Counted from the stretch's first letter, positions 29,717-41,642 are shown. The stretch is 64,000 nt of DNA from an uncultured Acidobacteriota bacterium (GCA_963805975.1 CAWDVR010000006.1:160001-224000); one strand, 5' to 3'. Notes: generated by a model not told the origin, from the letters alone. Made by a program: numbers and translations.

Positions 29717-29893
29717 CCTGTACGCGGAAACTGCTGCGAGGTTCATGCCTGAGTGGCCGGACAATCGGCACTTGCCGACCGCGCGATCCGCGAGTACCGG
29801 CGGGCACTGGGAAGAAGCGATAGCGAGCGCGCAACTCGGCAGGAAAGGACCGCAACCGGCAGAGGCAATTGCTGCCGGTTGCGGGAGACCGCG

Positions 29894-30307
29894 TCAGGCG
29901 CGAGCGGCCCGGAGGGAAGCCGACTTCCGGGCGGCCAGCGAGCCGCAGACGGCGCCGGCCACCAAGCCCACGGCGAGGGCCGAGAAGGCCACGCGGCCCG
30001 GATGGCTCCGCGCGTAGTCTGCGCCGCTTTCCTTGAGATCGCGGAGCTGGCGGCGCCCCGTGTCGTAGCTGTCGCGGAGCGCCTCCTTGGTGTCACGGAA
30101 GGCGGTACCCACCGCCTCCCCGGCTTTTCTCGCATTCTGCCGCAGCCTCACGGCCGCCTGCTGCGTCTGCGTCGCGACCTCCTGCTTGGCATCGTCCACC
30201 GCATCACGCACCGCGGCGACGGACTGGTGGAGGTTGGTGCGGGCCTGGGTCAGCAGCTCCCGCGGAGTGTCTTCGACGGGTTCGATCGATCGTGGTTTGG
30301 AATTCAT
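29894..30307 (-). CDS. DUF883/ElaB-like membrane-anchored protein
   Basis: Helical Ala/Gln/Arg body; DYARSHPGRVAFSALAVGLVAG tail; RBS GGGAGG. Confidence 0.7.
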   Translation of the reverse strand: MNSKPRSIEPVEDTPRELLTQARTNLHQSVAAVRDAVDDAKQEVATQTQQAAVRLRQNARKAGEAVGTAFRDTKEALRDSYDTGRRQLRDLKESGADYARSHPGRVAFSALAVGLVAGAVCGSLAARKSASLRAARA

Positions 30308-30467
30308 CGGTCCTCCCAGTGTGTGCATCACGATGCGAGATCGTGGAGCAAAGTTCGTACGAGTTGGCGTTTGCTCTCTGGCCTTGGTAGGACGCGAGAG
30401 CGTCGTTCGCCAAGGGAGGACTGCAGGATGTGTGCCGGCTGCGCCGGCTCCCGTGGTGGTCGCGCTC

Positions 30468-31235
30468 TCAGGCCGCGGGCGCAGGCGTCGGCAAGTGGAG
30501 AGCGCCGGTCAGGTAGAGGACGAAGCTCTCCTGGTGGCGAACCAGGTTCCTGATCGCCGCATAGACCAGGAACCAACTGGCGAAGCCGGCCAGGATCAAG
30601 GGCAGGCCGAGGTAGGTGAGGAAATCCGGGAACCCCAACGCGAGCCGGGACGCCAGCCAACAGAAGGAGACGGCATAGGCGAGGCTCGAGAAGGCCACCG
30701 CGAAGGCCGAGTTGATCTGGAACTCGTACCAGGAGAAGTAGCTCTCCCAGAGGTAGAGAACCTTGTCCAGGTCGAGAGCCGGCAGGTAGAACGACTGCAA
30801 CGAGATCGCCTTGGGCATCGACCGGGGCGGCGGCCCGAGCGCCGGCGCGAGCAGACCTTGGGCGCGGGTCTCGAGGCTCTTTCGCAGCACCAGGATCGCC
30901 GGGTCCATCCAGCGGTCGGCCCACCTCCGGCAGTGCCGGTTGACGATCAGCCAAAGAAGCGTGTTGATGAAGAAGCCGAGCGCGAGCGACATCGGCAGGA
31001 GGATCGCACCCGTGGCGGTCGCCACCACGGTGCTGCCCAGGATCACGCGATGGAAGAAGGAATGGGACAGCAGACACTTCCAGAGCGGCCGGGTCACGGC
31101 ACCATAGCTGGCTTCGGTGAGCTGGGCGAGCTGGTAGGAAAGGTCGAGCAGGATCAGCACCCCGAGCGAGGCGATGAGCCCGGGGATGAACGACTTGATC
31201 GTCTTGCCGAACGAGAGATCGCCGACCGGGTTCAC
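30468..31235 (-). CDS. Hypothetical four-TM membrane protein
   Basis: Hydrophobic segments at both ends; YLWESYFSWYEFQINSAFA; 7 bp downstream of trpF. Confidence 0.7.
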   Translation of the reverse strand: MNPVGDLSFGKTIKSFIPGLIASLGVLILLDLSYQLAQLTEASYGAVTRPLWKCLLSHSFFHRVILGSTVVATATGAILLPMSLALGFFINTLLWLIVNRHCRRWADRWMDPAILVLRKSLETRAQGLLAPALGPPPRSMPKAISLQSFYLPALDLDKVLYLWESYFSWYEFQINSAFAVAFSSLAYAVSFCWLASRLALGFPDFLTYLGLPLILAGFASWFLVYAAIRNLVRHQESFVLYLTGALHLPTPAPAA

Positions 31236-31242
31236 GGCTGCT

Positions 31243-31938
31243 TCAGAGCGCCGCGGCCAGCGCCGAGCTTTCGCGCGCCTGCCTCGCGGCCTGGCGCGCC
31301 TGGTCGATGAACTGCGAGAGCCGGCCTGGCGACTTGCGGCCCGGCACGGAGGTGACGCCGGTGTTGACGTCGACCCCGAAGGGCTGCACCTGAGCCACCG
31401 CGGCGGCGACGTTCTCCGGAGTCAGGCCGCCGGCGAGGATGACCGGGAACTCACCGACGACTTCGACGATGCGCCGGCTGATCGACCAGTCGTGCGTGAG
31501 CCCGGTGCCACCCAGGCGGCTGGCGGTGCGCGAGTCCAGGAGCACGGCATCGGCGTAGTCGGCGGCCCTGCGCGCCGCCTCCACAGCCTCTTCGCCGCTG
31601 ACGTGCACGGCCTTGACGATCTTGAGGTGGGGCAGCTCGCGGCGGAGGGCGCCGATCTCCTCGAGCGGATAGCCGCCGTGGAGCTGCAGCACCTGGGGGT
31701 TGGCGGCCCGGCAGATCGCCAGCACCTCCGCCGGGTCCTCGAGATGCGTGACCAGCACCGAGCTCACGAAGGGCGGCAGCACGGCGATGATCGCCTGCGC
31801 CTTCTCGGGCGTGAGCCGGTCGGCCGTCTCGTAGCGCAGGCCGACCAGGAAGCCCAGCGCGTCCGCGCCCGCCTCGACCGCCAGCCGCGCGTCCTCCGGG
31901 CTGGCGATGCCGCAAATCTTGACGCGTAGATAGCTCAC
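31243..31938 (-). CDS. trpF: Phosphoribosylanthranilate isomerase
   Basis: VKICGI; LQLHG; LLDS...GGTGLTHDW; ILAGGLTPENV; GVDVNTGV. Confidence 0.9.
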   Translation of the reverse strand: MSYLRVKICGIASPEDARLAVEAGADALGFLVGLRYETADRLTPEKAQAIIAVLPPFVSSVLVTHLEDPAEVLAICRAANPQVLQLHGGYPLEEIGALRRELPHLKIVKAVHVSGEEAVEAARRAADYADAVLLDSRTASRLGGTGLTHDWSISRRIVEVVGEFPVILAGGLTPENVAAAVAQVQPFGVDVNTGVTSVPGRKSPGRLSQFIDQARQAARQARESSALAAAL

Positions 31939-31978
31939 GAGAACGAGGTTAGCACAGCGCCTGGAGCGACTTGCAGCT

Positions 31979-34600
<2,622 letters not shown>

Positions 34601-34630
34601 CGCTGTGGCTCCTGTTCACTCGGCCTGCCG

Positions 34631-35578
34631 CTACGTCTCCCGGCGCACGCGGAAGGGCGACACCTCTGCCAGCTTCTCGAAGAGCTCGCGCTCCTCGGGC
34701 GAGAGCTCCGGCGGCACCACGATCTTGATCTCGGCCAGCAGATCGCCCTGGCCCTCCGCCATGGGGAAGCCCCTGCCGCGGAGTCGGATCACGCGGCCCG
34801 AGGAAGAGCCGGGAGGGATCTTCACGTTGAGCCGGCCGTTGAGCGTCTCGACCGGCACCTGGCTGCCCAGCGCCGCCTCCCAGGGTGCGACCTCGAGACT
34901 GGTGCGCAGGTCGTAGCCGTCGAGCCGGAACCGCGGGTGGGGCAGCAGCTCGACCCGCAGGTAGAGGTCGCCTCGCGGGCCGTTTCCCCACGCCTGGCCG
35001 CCCTTGCCACGCAGCCGGATGCGGCCTCCCGGCCGGACTCCCGGCGGGATGTTCACGGTGTAGGTCTTGCGCTCTCCCGAACCCGGATCGGAGATCACCA
35101 GCTCCCGCTTGCCGCCGGCGACCGCCTCTTCCAGAGTCAGCGCGATCGTGGCCTCCTGGTCGGCGCCGCCGCCACCGCCACCGAAGGGGCCCGCGGTGGC
35201 CTCCCGAGCTCCGCCCCGGCCTCCGAAGAGCATGTCGAAGAAGGAGCTGAAGCCGCTCGTGCCGCCCCGGAAGCCACCGGCTCCGAAGCCGCGGCCCTCG
35301 CCGAAGTCGAACTGGAAGTCCTCGAAGCCCGAGGGCGTCGGGCCGCCGCGCTGCGCGGCCTTCCAGGCGGAGCCGTAGCGATCGTATTTGGCGCGCTTCT
35401 CGGGGTCTTTCAGCGCCTCGTACGCCTCGCCCACCTCCTTGAACTTGTTCTCGGCCTCCGGGCTGGCGTTGACGTCCGGGTGGTACTTGCGGGCGAGCTT
35501 GCGGTACGCCTTCTGGATATCGTCCTGCGACGTATCGCGGCTCACCCCGAGCGTGGCGTAATAGTCCTTGTAGTCCAA
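34631..35578 (-). CDS. cbpA: DnaJ-class curved DNA-binding chaperone CbpA
   Basis: [11 protein letters not shown]; YHPD; no zinc finger; PWEAALG; TTG start with RBS GGAGG. Confidence 0.9.
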   Translation of the reverse strand: MDYKDYYATLGVSRDTSQDDIQKAYRKLARKYHPDVNASPEAENKFKEVGEAYEALKDPEKRAKYDRYGSAWKAAQRGGPTPSGFEDFQFDFGEGRGFGAGGFRGGTSGFSSFFDMLFGGRGGAREATAGPFGGGGGGADQEATIALTLEEAVAGGKRELVISDPGSGERKTYTVNIPPGVRPGGRIRLRGKGGQAWGNGPRGDLYLRVELLPHPRFRLDGYDLRTSLEVAPWEAALGSQVPVETLNGRLNVKIPPGSSSGRVIRLRGRGFPMAEGQGDLLAEIKIVVPPELSPEERELFEKLAEVSPFRVRRET

Positions 35579-35677
35579 ATCGTCCCCTCCAGCCACCCGA
35601 CAGAATCAATCGCCGAGTGAATCCTTAGCGCTCGACGCTCAGGTATTCAAACGCTCGGCAGGAGACAGGCATTCCAA

Positions 35678-35698
35678 CTTGGGTCGCCGACACTCAAG
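35678..35698. promoter_or_regulatory. HAIR (HspR-associated inverted repeat) upstream of cbpA-clpB
   Basis: CTTGGGT-N7-ACTCAAG versus consensus CTTGAGT-N7-ACTCAAG; adjacent degenerate half-site ACTCGAG at 35708. Confidence 0.75.
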
Positions 35699-35759
35699 AG
35701 CGCCGGCACTCGAGAGCACGGGGATCCTACCGGCATGAGGGCCGGAAGATGAGTTGCCT

Positions 35760-36323
35760 CTACTGCTTGAGGGAAAGGACGGGTGGTGCCGGCGAGGGCT
35801 CAGCCCGCCGCCGGGTGAGATCTGCCCGCAGGGCGAGGACGAGAACCGTGGAGATCGTCGCCACGTGGATGGCGACGTCGGGAGCATGGTGGGCGTCGTG
35901 CCAGCTCCAGCCCAGCCGCAGGGCGGCGACGGCCAGGGTGAGGCGCAGGAGGTTGCCGATGAGGACGGCAGCGACGAGGACGGCCAGTCGCCCGGCGTTG
36001 GAGAGCCACGGCCGCCCGCAGCGCCAGGCGAAGGGAGCGAGCGTCAAGGCGAGGTCGGCGTAGGTGCAGTGGGAGGTGATGGCGAAGGCGAGCCCTGGCG
36101 TGGACAGCAGGAGGAAAGGCTCGCCGCCGATCTCGTACGTGACCACGCTCTCGCCAAAGAGCGCCAGCACGACCTCGAGGGCCTGCTGCAGCGCGAGGCG
36201 CAACGGCAGCCAGTCCCAGGCGTAGTAGCCGGAGATCAGGAGGCCGAACACGCCGAGCCGCACGGCCAACCGGCTCTCGGCCTGGCCGCCGAAAGGCTGG
36301 GGGCCGTGGCCGTGTCGGCTCAT
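35760..36323 (-). CDS. Exosortase/archaeosortase family protein
   Basis: Multi-TM; Cys86 in AITSHCTY, GNLLR (Arg127), WHDAH (His145) in the order of the exosortase catalytic triad; ATGA-coupled to the upstream gene. Confidence 0.75.
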   Translation of the reverse strand: MSRHGHGPQPFGGQAESRLAVRLGVFGLLISGYYAWDWLPLRLALQQALEVVLALFGESVVTYEIGGEPFLLLSTPGLAFAITSHCTYADLALTLAPFAWRCGRPWLSNAGRLAVLVAAVLIGNLLRLTLAVAALRLGWSWHDAHHAPDVAIHVATISTVLVLALRADLTRRRAEPSPAPPVLSLKQ

Positions 36324-36847
36324 TGCGGCTCGACGCGGAAGGTCACGGCGTTGCCGGGCACGTCCACGCCGCGAAAGCGGTCCCGCGACCGTGGGATCTC
36401 TTCTCCGTCACGCGCCACGTCATGGATCCGTCCCACGAGCTCCGCGCGGTAGGTGCCCGGGGGCCCGAGATCGTAACCTTTCGCCAAGTCCACCTCGGCC
36501 TTCAGCGAGCCGCCGGCCTCGAGGCGGCTGTAGTCCTCCCGCAGCGGGTCGCCTCGCTTGACCATCGGCCCGGTGTAGGGCACCGCCTGGCCGTCGCGCG
36601 TGAGGCGGAAGATGTCGCCCCGGAGCCCTTCGAGAGGGGTGTAGGCCTCGAGGATCCAGAGCGGTTCGGGCGACGTGCTCTCGAGGCTGACGCGAACTAC
36701 CACCGCCGTTCCGGCAGCGTACGAGTCGCGTGCCTCGAGCGCGAATCTCAGCCCGGGTGCTGCGTCTCGCGGGCTCCTTCCGACTTGCCCTCCCGGTGCC
36801 GCGCAGGCCAGCATCGTGAGCAAGGCCAAGGTCCAGATCGGGCTCAT
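36320..36847 (-). CDS. Lipoprotein consisting of a stand-alone copy of the M35 peptidase pro-domain
   Basis: MLAC lipobox; TPLEGLRGDIF...DG..VPY.GP.VKRG.P..EDY....G.S...EVDLAK.Y.L...G.Y aligns by eye with the neighbouring peptidase N-terminus. Confidence 0.8.
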   Translation of the reverse strand: MSPIWTLALLTMLACAAPGGQVGRSPRDAAPGLRFALEARDSYAAGTAVVVRVSLESTSPEPLWILEAYTPLEGLRGDIFRLTRDGQAVPYTGPMVKRGDPLREDYSRLEAGGSLKAEVDLAKGYDLGPPGTYRAELVGRIHDVARDGEEIPRSRDRFRGVDVPGNAVTFRVEPQ

Positions 36848-36890
36848 CGTGGCCTCCTTTCCGCAGGGATTATGCACCCGCCCCGGTAAT

Positions 36891-38111
36891 TCAAACGAGG
36901 CGCCTGCGCAGCGCCGCCAGGACCAGGACGGTGAGGATGGTCCCCAGAGTCAGCAGCAGGTGGTGGAGCCCCATGGACTGGGCCGGAGTGTTCTCGGCGA
37001 AATATTCGTGGCTGTCGGCGTTCTGAATCGCCCTGGCGGGATCGCTGATCGCCAGGTTCTTGCACGCGGTGTGGCCGTAGGCGTTGTCGTCGGTGTCGGC
37101 GACGACGGTGAAGTGGCTCACCTCGTGGATGATGGTGCCGCCCCGGGAGTCCGTGCCGGTGAGTGGGGCGTTCCAGAACGCATTGCAGAGGTAGACCTCA
37201 TAGGGCAGGTGCGGAAAGACGTAGGCGAAGGCGCTCGCATAGGCCGGGTCGCAGGCACAATTGAAGGTGACGGTCTCGTTGATCAGGGCGCCGTGGATCT
37301 TGCTGTAGTTGTCCAGCACCTTGTCGTACCGGGCCGCGGTGTAGGTGCCGAACCAGGTCTTGTAGCGGGGAGCGCTCGGCCGGTTCTCCGCCTTGGTGAA
37401 CGCCAAGGCGAGGATGGCGCCGGCGCCCATCTGCGACGCCGCGGTGTGCGCTTCGTCGAGCTGCGACTGCTGCGTGGCGTTGCAGTTTTTGAACGCCGGC
37501 TGTTTGGCGGTCGCGTCCTTCGCCTCCGCGGCGGTCGAGGCCTTGGGCGGGCGCACCGAGGCGACCGGCGGGGCGGGACGGCTCTCTACGAGCTCGACCT
37601 CCACCCGGTTCGAGGTGAGCGCGCGCAGCATCAGACGGCCGAGAGCTCGTTCGGGCCGCGCTTCCCTGGCCTTGACGACGTCGAGCACGCCGGCCTCGAG
37701 CTCCACACCGTAGCGGCCGGCGCTGCTCAGGGCATATGCCTTGGCAAGGTCCACCTCCACCGATACCGAGGCCCCGGGCTCGATGGTCACGTAGTCTTCG
37801 GCCTGCGGCGCTCCACGTTTGACCTCCGGACCGATGTAGGGGACCTCCCGACCATCTTTCGTGACCTCGAAGATGTCTCCTCGGATCCCCTCGAGCGGCG
37901 TGTGCCACTTGAGCACCGTGAGCGGCTCCGAGGTGGTGTTGGTGAGCGTGAAGCGGACTAGCACGGGGTCGGCGGCGCGGGCTTGGGCGCGCACCGGCTC
38001 GAGCCGGCTCCTGAGCCCTTCCGTCTCGGCTGTTTGCGCGGCAAGGCCCAGAGGGAGCAGCAGGGCACCGAGCTGACAGATCAAAAAGCGTCGGATTGCG
38101 CGAGTGAGCAT
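36891..38111 (-). CDS. M35 (aspzincin, peptidyl-Lys-like) metalloendopeptidase with C-terminal TM + basic sorting tail
   Basis: RBS AGGAGG; signal peptide; GTIIHEVSHF, DTDDNAYG, NADSHEYFAEN; tail [28 protein letters not shown]. Confidence 0.9.
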   Translation of the reverse strand: MLTRAIRRFLICQLGALLLPLGLAAQTAETEGLRSRLEPVRAQARAADPVLVRFTLTNTTSEPLTVLKWHTPLEGIRGDIFEVTKDGREVPYIGPEVKRGAPQAEDYVTIEPGASVSVEVDLAKAYALSSAGRYGVELEAGVLDVVKAREARPERALGRLMLRALTSNRVEVELVESRPAPPVASVRPPKASTAAEAKDATAKQPAFKNCNATQQSQLDEAHTAASQMGAGAILALAFTKAENRPSAPRYKTWFGTYTAARYDKVLDNYSKIHGALINETVTFNCACDPAYASAFAYVFPHLPYEVYLCNAFWNAPLTGTDSRGGTIIHEVSHFTVVADTDDNAYGHTACKNLAISDPARAIQNADSHEYFAENTPAQSMGLHHLLLTLGTILTVLVLAALRRRLV

Positions 38112-38209
38112 TGCAACACCTCCTGTTAAGGAAAAGTTCTTGGGGTTCGGCGACAGGAGGCCACCGGCCGTTACCGAGCCGTGGAGGGGGCCGTGCCTGG
38201 CGGCGCGGG

Positions 38210-39313
38210 CTAGAAGCCGAAGCGGGCCGGCGAGAACGGGGCGAGGTCGGGCGGCGGTGTGGGGTCGAGGACGGCCCCGGCGATCGCTGCCGCCGTCCAG
38301 GGCGCCAGCAGGATGCCGTTGCGGTAATGGCCCGTGGCGGCGAAGACCGGTAGATCCCCGATCCGGCCGAGGAGCGGCAGGCCGTCGGGCGTCGCGGGCC
38401 GCAGCCCGGCCCAGGTGGAGGCGAGGCGGCGCTCCGCGAGGCCGGGCAGAAGGCGGCGGGCCGCTGTGGCGAGGCCATGGAGCCCGGCGAGCGTCGGCTG
38501 GGCGTCGAAGCCTGCTTCCTCGGAGGTGGCTCCCACCAGAAGACCGGCGCGGCCTCGCCGCACGGTGTAGACCTCGGCGCCGCGCACCGTGCCGCCGAAG
38601 CTCCAGTCGACCCCCTCCAGGAGCAGCATCTGGCCCCGGACGGGTCTCACGGGCAGAGCAGGAAGGCCGGGGACGGCGCCGCTCCAGGCGCCGGCGGCGA
38701 GCACCAGGCCGGCGGCTTCGAGCACGGTACCTCCGCCCTCGACCCGCACGCTGGAGGATCCGGCGCTCACTCGCTCGGCAGAGAAGCCCCGCCGCAAGAC
38801 CACGCCGCGCTTCTCGGCCAGCGCTTCCAAAGCGGCGACGGCCTGGACATTGTCCACTCGGTGCTCGCCGGGGAGGAGCACGGCCCGGACCGCACGCGGC
38901 GAGAGATCCGGCACCCGGCGCGCCACCTCCGCGAGCCCGATCTCCTCGGCCGGCTCTCCCGCGGCGCGGGCCGCCGCCGCCAGCTCCTCGAGCTGCTCCG
39001 CCTCCTGCTCGTCGAGCGCCACCGAGATCGCCCCGGAGCCGTCGTAGCCGACCTCCGAGCCGCTCTCCGCCTCGAGGGCCTGGCGGAACGCCGGCCACAG
39101 GTCGCGGCTCCGGCGGCAGGCGTCGAAATAGGGCCCTCGGTGCGGGGTCTCGGCGAGCGGCGCCAGCATGCCGGCCGCGGCGAGCGAAGCTGGAGGCGCG
39201 GTGGTGCCGGCGCTCAGCACCTCGACTCGGGCCCCGTGGTGGGCCAGCTCGCAGGCCGTGGCGAGCCCGATGATGCCGCCGCCCAGGACGAGGATGTCGG
39301 GGGAAGCTCCCAT
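38210..39313 (-). CDS. thiO: Glycine oxidase ThiO
   Basis: GGGIIG; ASLAAAGMLAP; PVRGQM; GLRPATPD; GHYRNGILLAP. Confidence 0.88.
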   Translation of the reverse strand: MGASPDILVLGGGIIGLATACELAHHGARVEVLSAGTTAPPASLAAAGMLAPLAETPHRGPYFDACRRSRDLWPAFRQALEAESGSEVGYDGSGAISVALDEQEAEQLEELAAAARAAGEPAEEIGLAEVARRVPDLSPRAVRAVLLPGEHRVDNVQAVAALEALAEKRGVVLRRGFSAERVSAGSSSVRVEGGGTVLEAAGLVLAAGAWSGAVPGLPALPVRPVRGQMLLLEGVDWSFGGTVRGAEVYTVRRGRAGLLVGATSEEAGFDAQPTLAGLHGLATAARRLLPGLAERRLASTWAGLRPATPDGLPLLGRIGDLPVFAATGHYRNGILLAPWTAAAIAGAVLDPTPPPDLAPFSPARFGF

Positions 39314-39442
39314 GGGGCGCGCCATCGAGCGCGGCAGTATAGCCGCCGGGGCGAAGGGCGCCGATCGGATCCACCGGTCTGATCTACCAGTCTGACCCAA
39401 GATCTGCCTGCGGCTAGAATCCGCTCCTTCCCCAGGACCTCC

Positions 39443-40393
39443 TTGACCATCCCCTCGCCGACTGCGCTCTCGGGCGCCCAGCCGAAACCGCGCCCGGGAG
39501 CGGCGCCCGCGGCCGTTACCGCGCTCGCCTCCCGCCGGCTGGTGGTCGTCACCGGCAAGGGCGGCGTGGGCAAGAGCACGGTGGCGACGGCGCTCGCCTG
39601 GGCCCTGGCCCGGGGCGGGCGACGCATCCTCGCCCTCGAGGTCGATCCCCGCGAGAACGTGCACCAGCTCCTCGAGGTCGAGCCCTCCGGTGGCGAGGTG
39701 GTGCCGGCCGGCGGCTCGCTCGCGCTCCGCAACCTGCGGCCCTCGCAGGTGCTCGACGGCATCGTGCGGCGCCAGGTCAAGATCGGCCTGGTGGCGCAGC
39801 GCATTCTGGCGAGCCCGGTCTACCGCCAGTTCTCGGAGGGCATGCCGGGGTTGAGAGAGCTGGCGGTGCTCGACGCCGCGTTCGAGCACACCCAAGGGGA
39901 GGAGGACCGCTTCGATACCGTGGTGCTCGACGCGCCGGCGACCGGCCACGGCCTCACCTTGCTGGGGGCGCCCGCGCTGGTGGCGGAGGCGCTCGGTGTC
40001 GGGCCGGTGGCTGCCGCCGCCGGCCGCCTCGCGGAGCGCGTCGCGGACGCGGGAGACACTGGGATCGTGATCGTCACCGCCGCCGAGTCCATGCCGGTGG
40101 ACGAGGCGCTGGAGCTGCGGGCGAGCCTGCAACAGAAGCTGCACCGCGAGCCGGAGCTGCTGGTGGTCAACGGCCTCTACCCGCCGTTTCCCTCGCGGCT
40201 CGGCGGCGCAGCGGAGAGCGGCGGGCCGCTGGCGCTCTGGCGCGACCGCCGGGCCGTCAACGAGGCCGAGCTGGCGCGGCTGGCCCGCGCTTGGGAGGGG
40301 CCTCGCATCGAGCTGCCGCTCCTCCCGCTGCCCCGCGGCCGGGCGCTGGTGGCCGAGCTGGGAAACAGGCTGATCCAAGGAGCAGGGGAGTGA
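39443..40393 (+). CDS. ArsA/GET3-family ATPase (first of pair)
   Basis: VTGKGGVGKS; PGLRE; DAPATGH; ESMPVDE. Confidence 0.9.
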   Translation: MTIPSPTALSGAQPKPRPGAAPAAVTALASRRLVVVTGKGGVGKSTVATALAWALARGGRRILALEVDPRENVHQLLEVEPSGGEVVPAGGSLALRNLRPSQVLDGIVRRQVKIGLVAQRILASPVYRQFSEGMPGLRELAVLDAAFEHTQGEEDRFDTVVLDAPATGHGLTLLGAPALVAEALGVGPVAAAAGRLAERVADAGDTGIVIVTAAESMPVDEALELRASLQQKLHREPELLVVNGLYPPFPSRLGGAAESGGPLALWRDRRAVNEAELARLARAWEGPRIELPLLPLPRGRALVAELGNRLIQGAGE

Positions 40394-41478
40394 CCGCGGC
40401 GCTCGACCACCCGCTGGTCGTCGTGGTCGGCTCCGGCGGCGTGGGCAAGACCACGGTGGCGGCGGCGCTCGGGCTCGAGGCCGCACGGCGAGGGCACCGC
40501 TCCCTGGTCATGACCTTCGACCCTTCCTGGCGTCTCAAGGGGGCGCTCGGCGTGGGCGACGAAGCCGGCGAGAGCGAGGTCGAGGTGCCGCTGCCGGAGG
40601 AGCTCGGGGCCCTGCCCGAGGGCCGGCTCTTTGCGAGCCTGCTCGACGCCCGCCGCACCTTCGACCGCCTGGTCGCCCGCTACGCGCCCGACGAGGTCGC
40701 CCGCGACCGCATTCTCGGCAACCGCTTCTACGATCGCCTGTCGGGCGGGCTCGGCGGCATCCTGGAGTACATGGCGGTCGAACGGTTGTTCGAGGTGGCA
40801 CGCCAAGGGCGGTACACGCGCATCGTGCTCGACACCCCGCCCGCCCGCCAGGCCCTCGACTTCCTGGAAGCGCCCGAGCGCATCGTCTCCTTCCTCGACA
40901 GCGGGGTGCTCAGGGTCGCGCTCAAGGGCTGGTTCGACGACCGCGGGCGGCTGAAGACCGCCACCGGCCTGGGGCCGCTCGGCCGGCGGCTCGAACGCTA
41001 CCTGGACGAGATCGTGGGGCTCGACCTGCTGCGTGAGATGGCGGAGTTCTTCCAGGCCTTCGCCCCCCTCTTCGCCGGCTTCCGGCAGCGCGCCGTGGAG
41101 GTCAAGGCTCTCCTCCGCGCGGTCGAGACACGCTTCGTGCTGGTGGCCGGGCCGGCCGAGGAGAGGTTGCCGGACGCGCTCTTCTTCGCCCGCAAGCTAC
41201 GCGAGGCCGGCTACCGCCTGGGGCCGGTGGTCCTCAACCGGGTGCATCCGCCGGCAGAACCGCAGGCGGCTGCCGGGCTCTCTCCCGACGAGGCGGAGGG
41301 TCTTCGCCTGCTCGCCTGGCTCGGAGAGCGTGACGCCGAGGGCGCGCGCCGGCTCGCGTCTCTCCTGGGGCCGGAGAACCGGCTGGTCGTGCTTCCCCTG
41401 CTCCCGGCCGAGCCCACGGACCTCGAGGGCCTGGCAGCCATCGGCCGGTCGCTCGAGGCGCAGGCCGGCGACGAGTAA
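40390..41478 (+). CDS. ArsA/GET3-family ATPase (second of pair)
   Basis: GSGGVGKTT; TFDP; EYMAVERL; DTPP..QALDFLEAP; GTGA overlap with the first. Confidence 0.9.
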   Translation: MTAALDHPLVVVVGSGGVGKTTVAAALGLEAARRGHRSLVMTFDPSWRLKGALGVGDEAGESEVEVPLPEELGALPEGRLFASLLDARRTFDRLVARYAPDEVARDRILGNRFYDRLSGGLGGILEYMAVERLFEVARQGRYTRIVLDTPPARQALDFLEAPERIVSFLDSGVLRVALKGWFDDRGRLKTATGLGPLGRRLERYLDEIVGLDLLREMAEFFQAFAPLFAGFRQRAVEVKALLRAVETRFVLVAGPAEERLPDALFFARKLREAGYRLGPVVLNRVHPPAEPQAAAGLSPDEAEGLRLLAWLGERDAEGARRLASLLGPENRLVVLPLLPAEPTDLEGLAAIGRSLEAQAGDE

Positions 41479-41590
41479 TGCCGCGACGCGGCATAGGGAT
41501 GCTGCGATGCAGAAGACCGTGAACCTATCAACCGGCTCCTGACTCGGGTTCGTCGCCTGTTTTCCTGCACTCCTGGTCCGGGCGGCTCAA

Positions 41591-41642
41591 TGCCGCAGTG
41601 CGGAAAAATCCTCTTGACAGTCTTGCCGCAGTGCGGTAGGGT
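41591..41642 (+). promoter_or_regulatory. phaR promoter with duplicated palindromic operator
   Basis: TGCCGCAGTGCGG at 41591 and 41624; TTGACA (41614)-17 bp-TAGGGT (41637). Confidence 0.7.

Noticed and set aside
29675-29750. Group II intron 3' end (minus strand CCCCTACTC)
   Set aside because: No domain V (GAGCCG...GAAA...CGGTTC) upstream and no reverse transcriptase gene
35625-35651. CIRCE element upstream of cbpA
   Set aside because: Only one arm (TTAGCGCTC) resembles the consensus; the other arm does not; the HAIR site fits much better
36891-39374. 827-aa ORF as an extended M35 peptidase
   Set aside because: The upstream part overlaps thiO in another frame; the true start with AGGAGG and signal peptide is at 38111
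39443-41478. Arsenic resistance operon
   Set aside because: No arsR/arsB/acr3/arsC/arsD, and no metalloid-binding Cys evident in the ATPases
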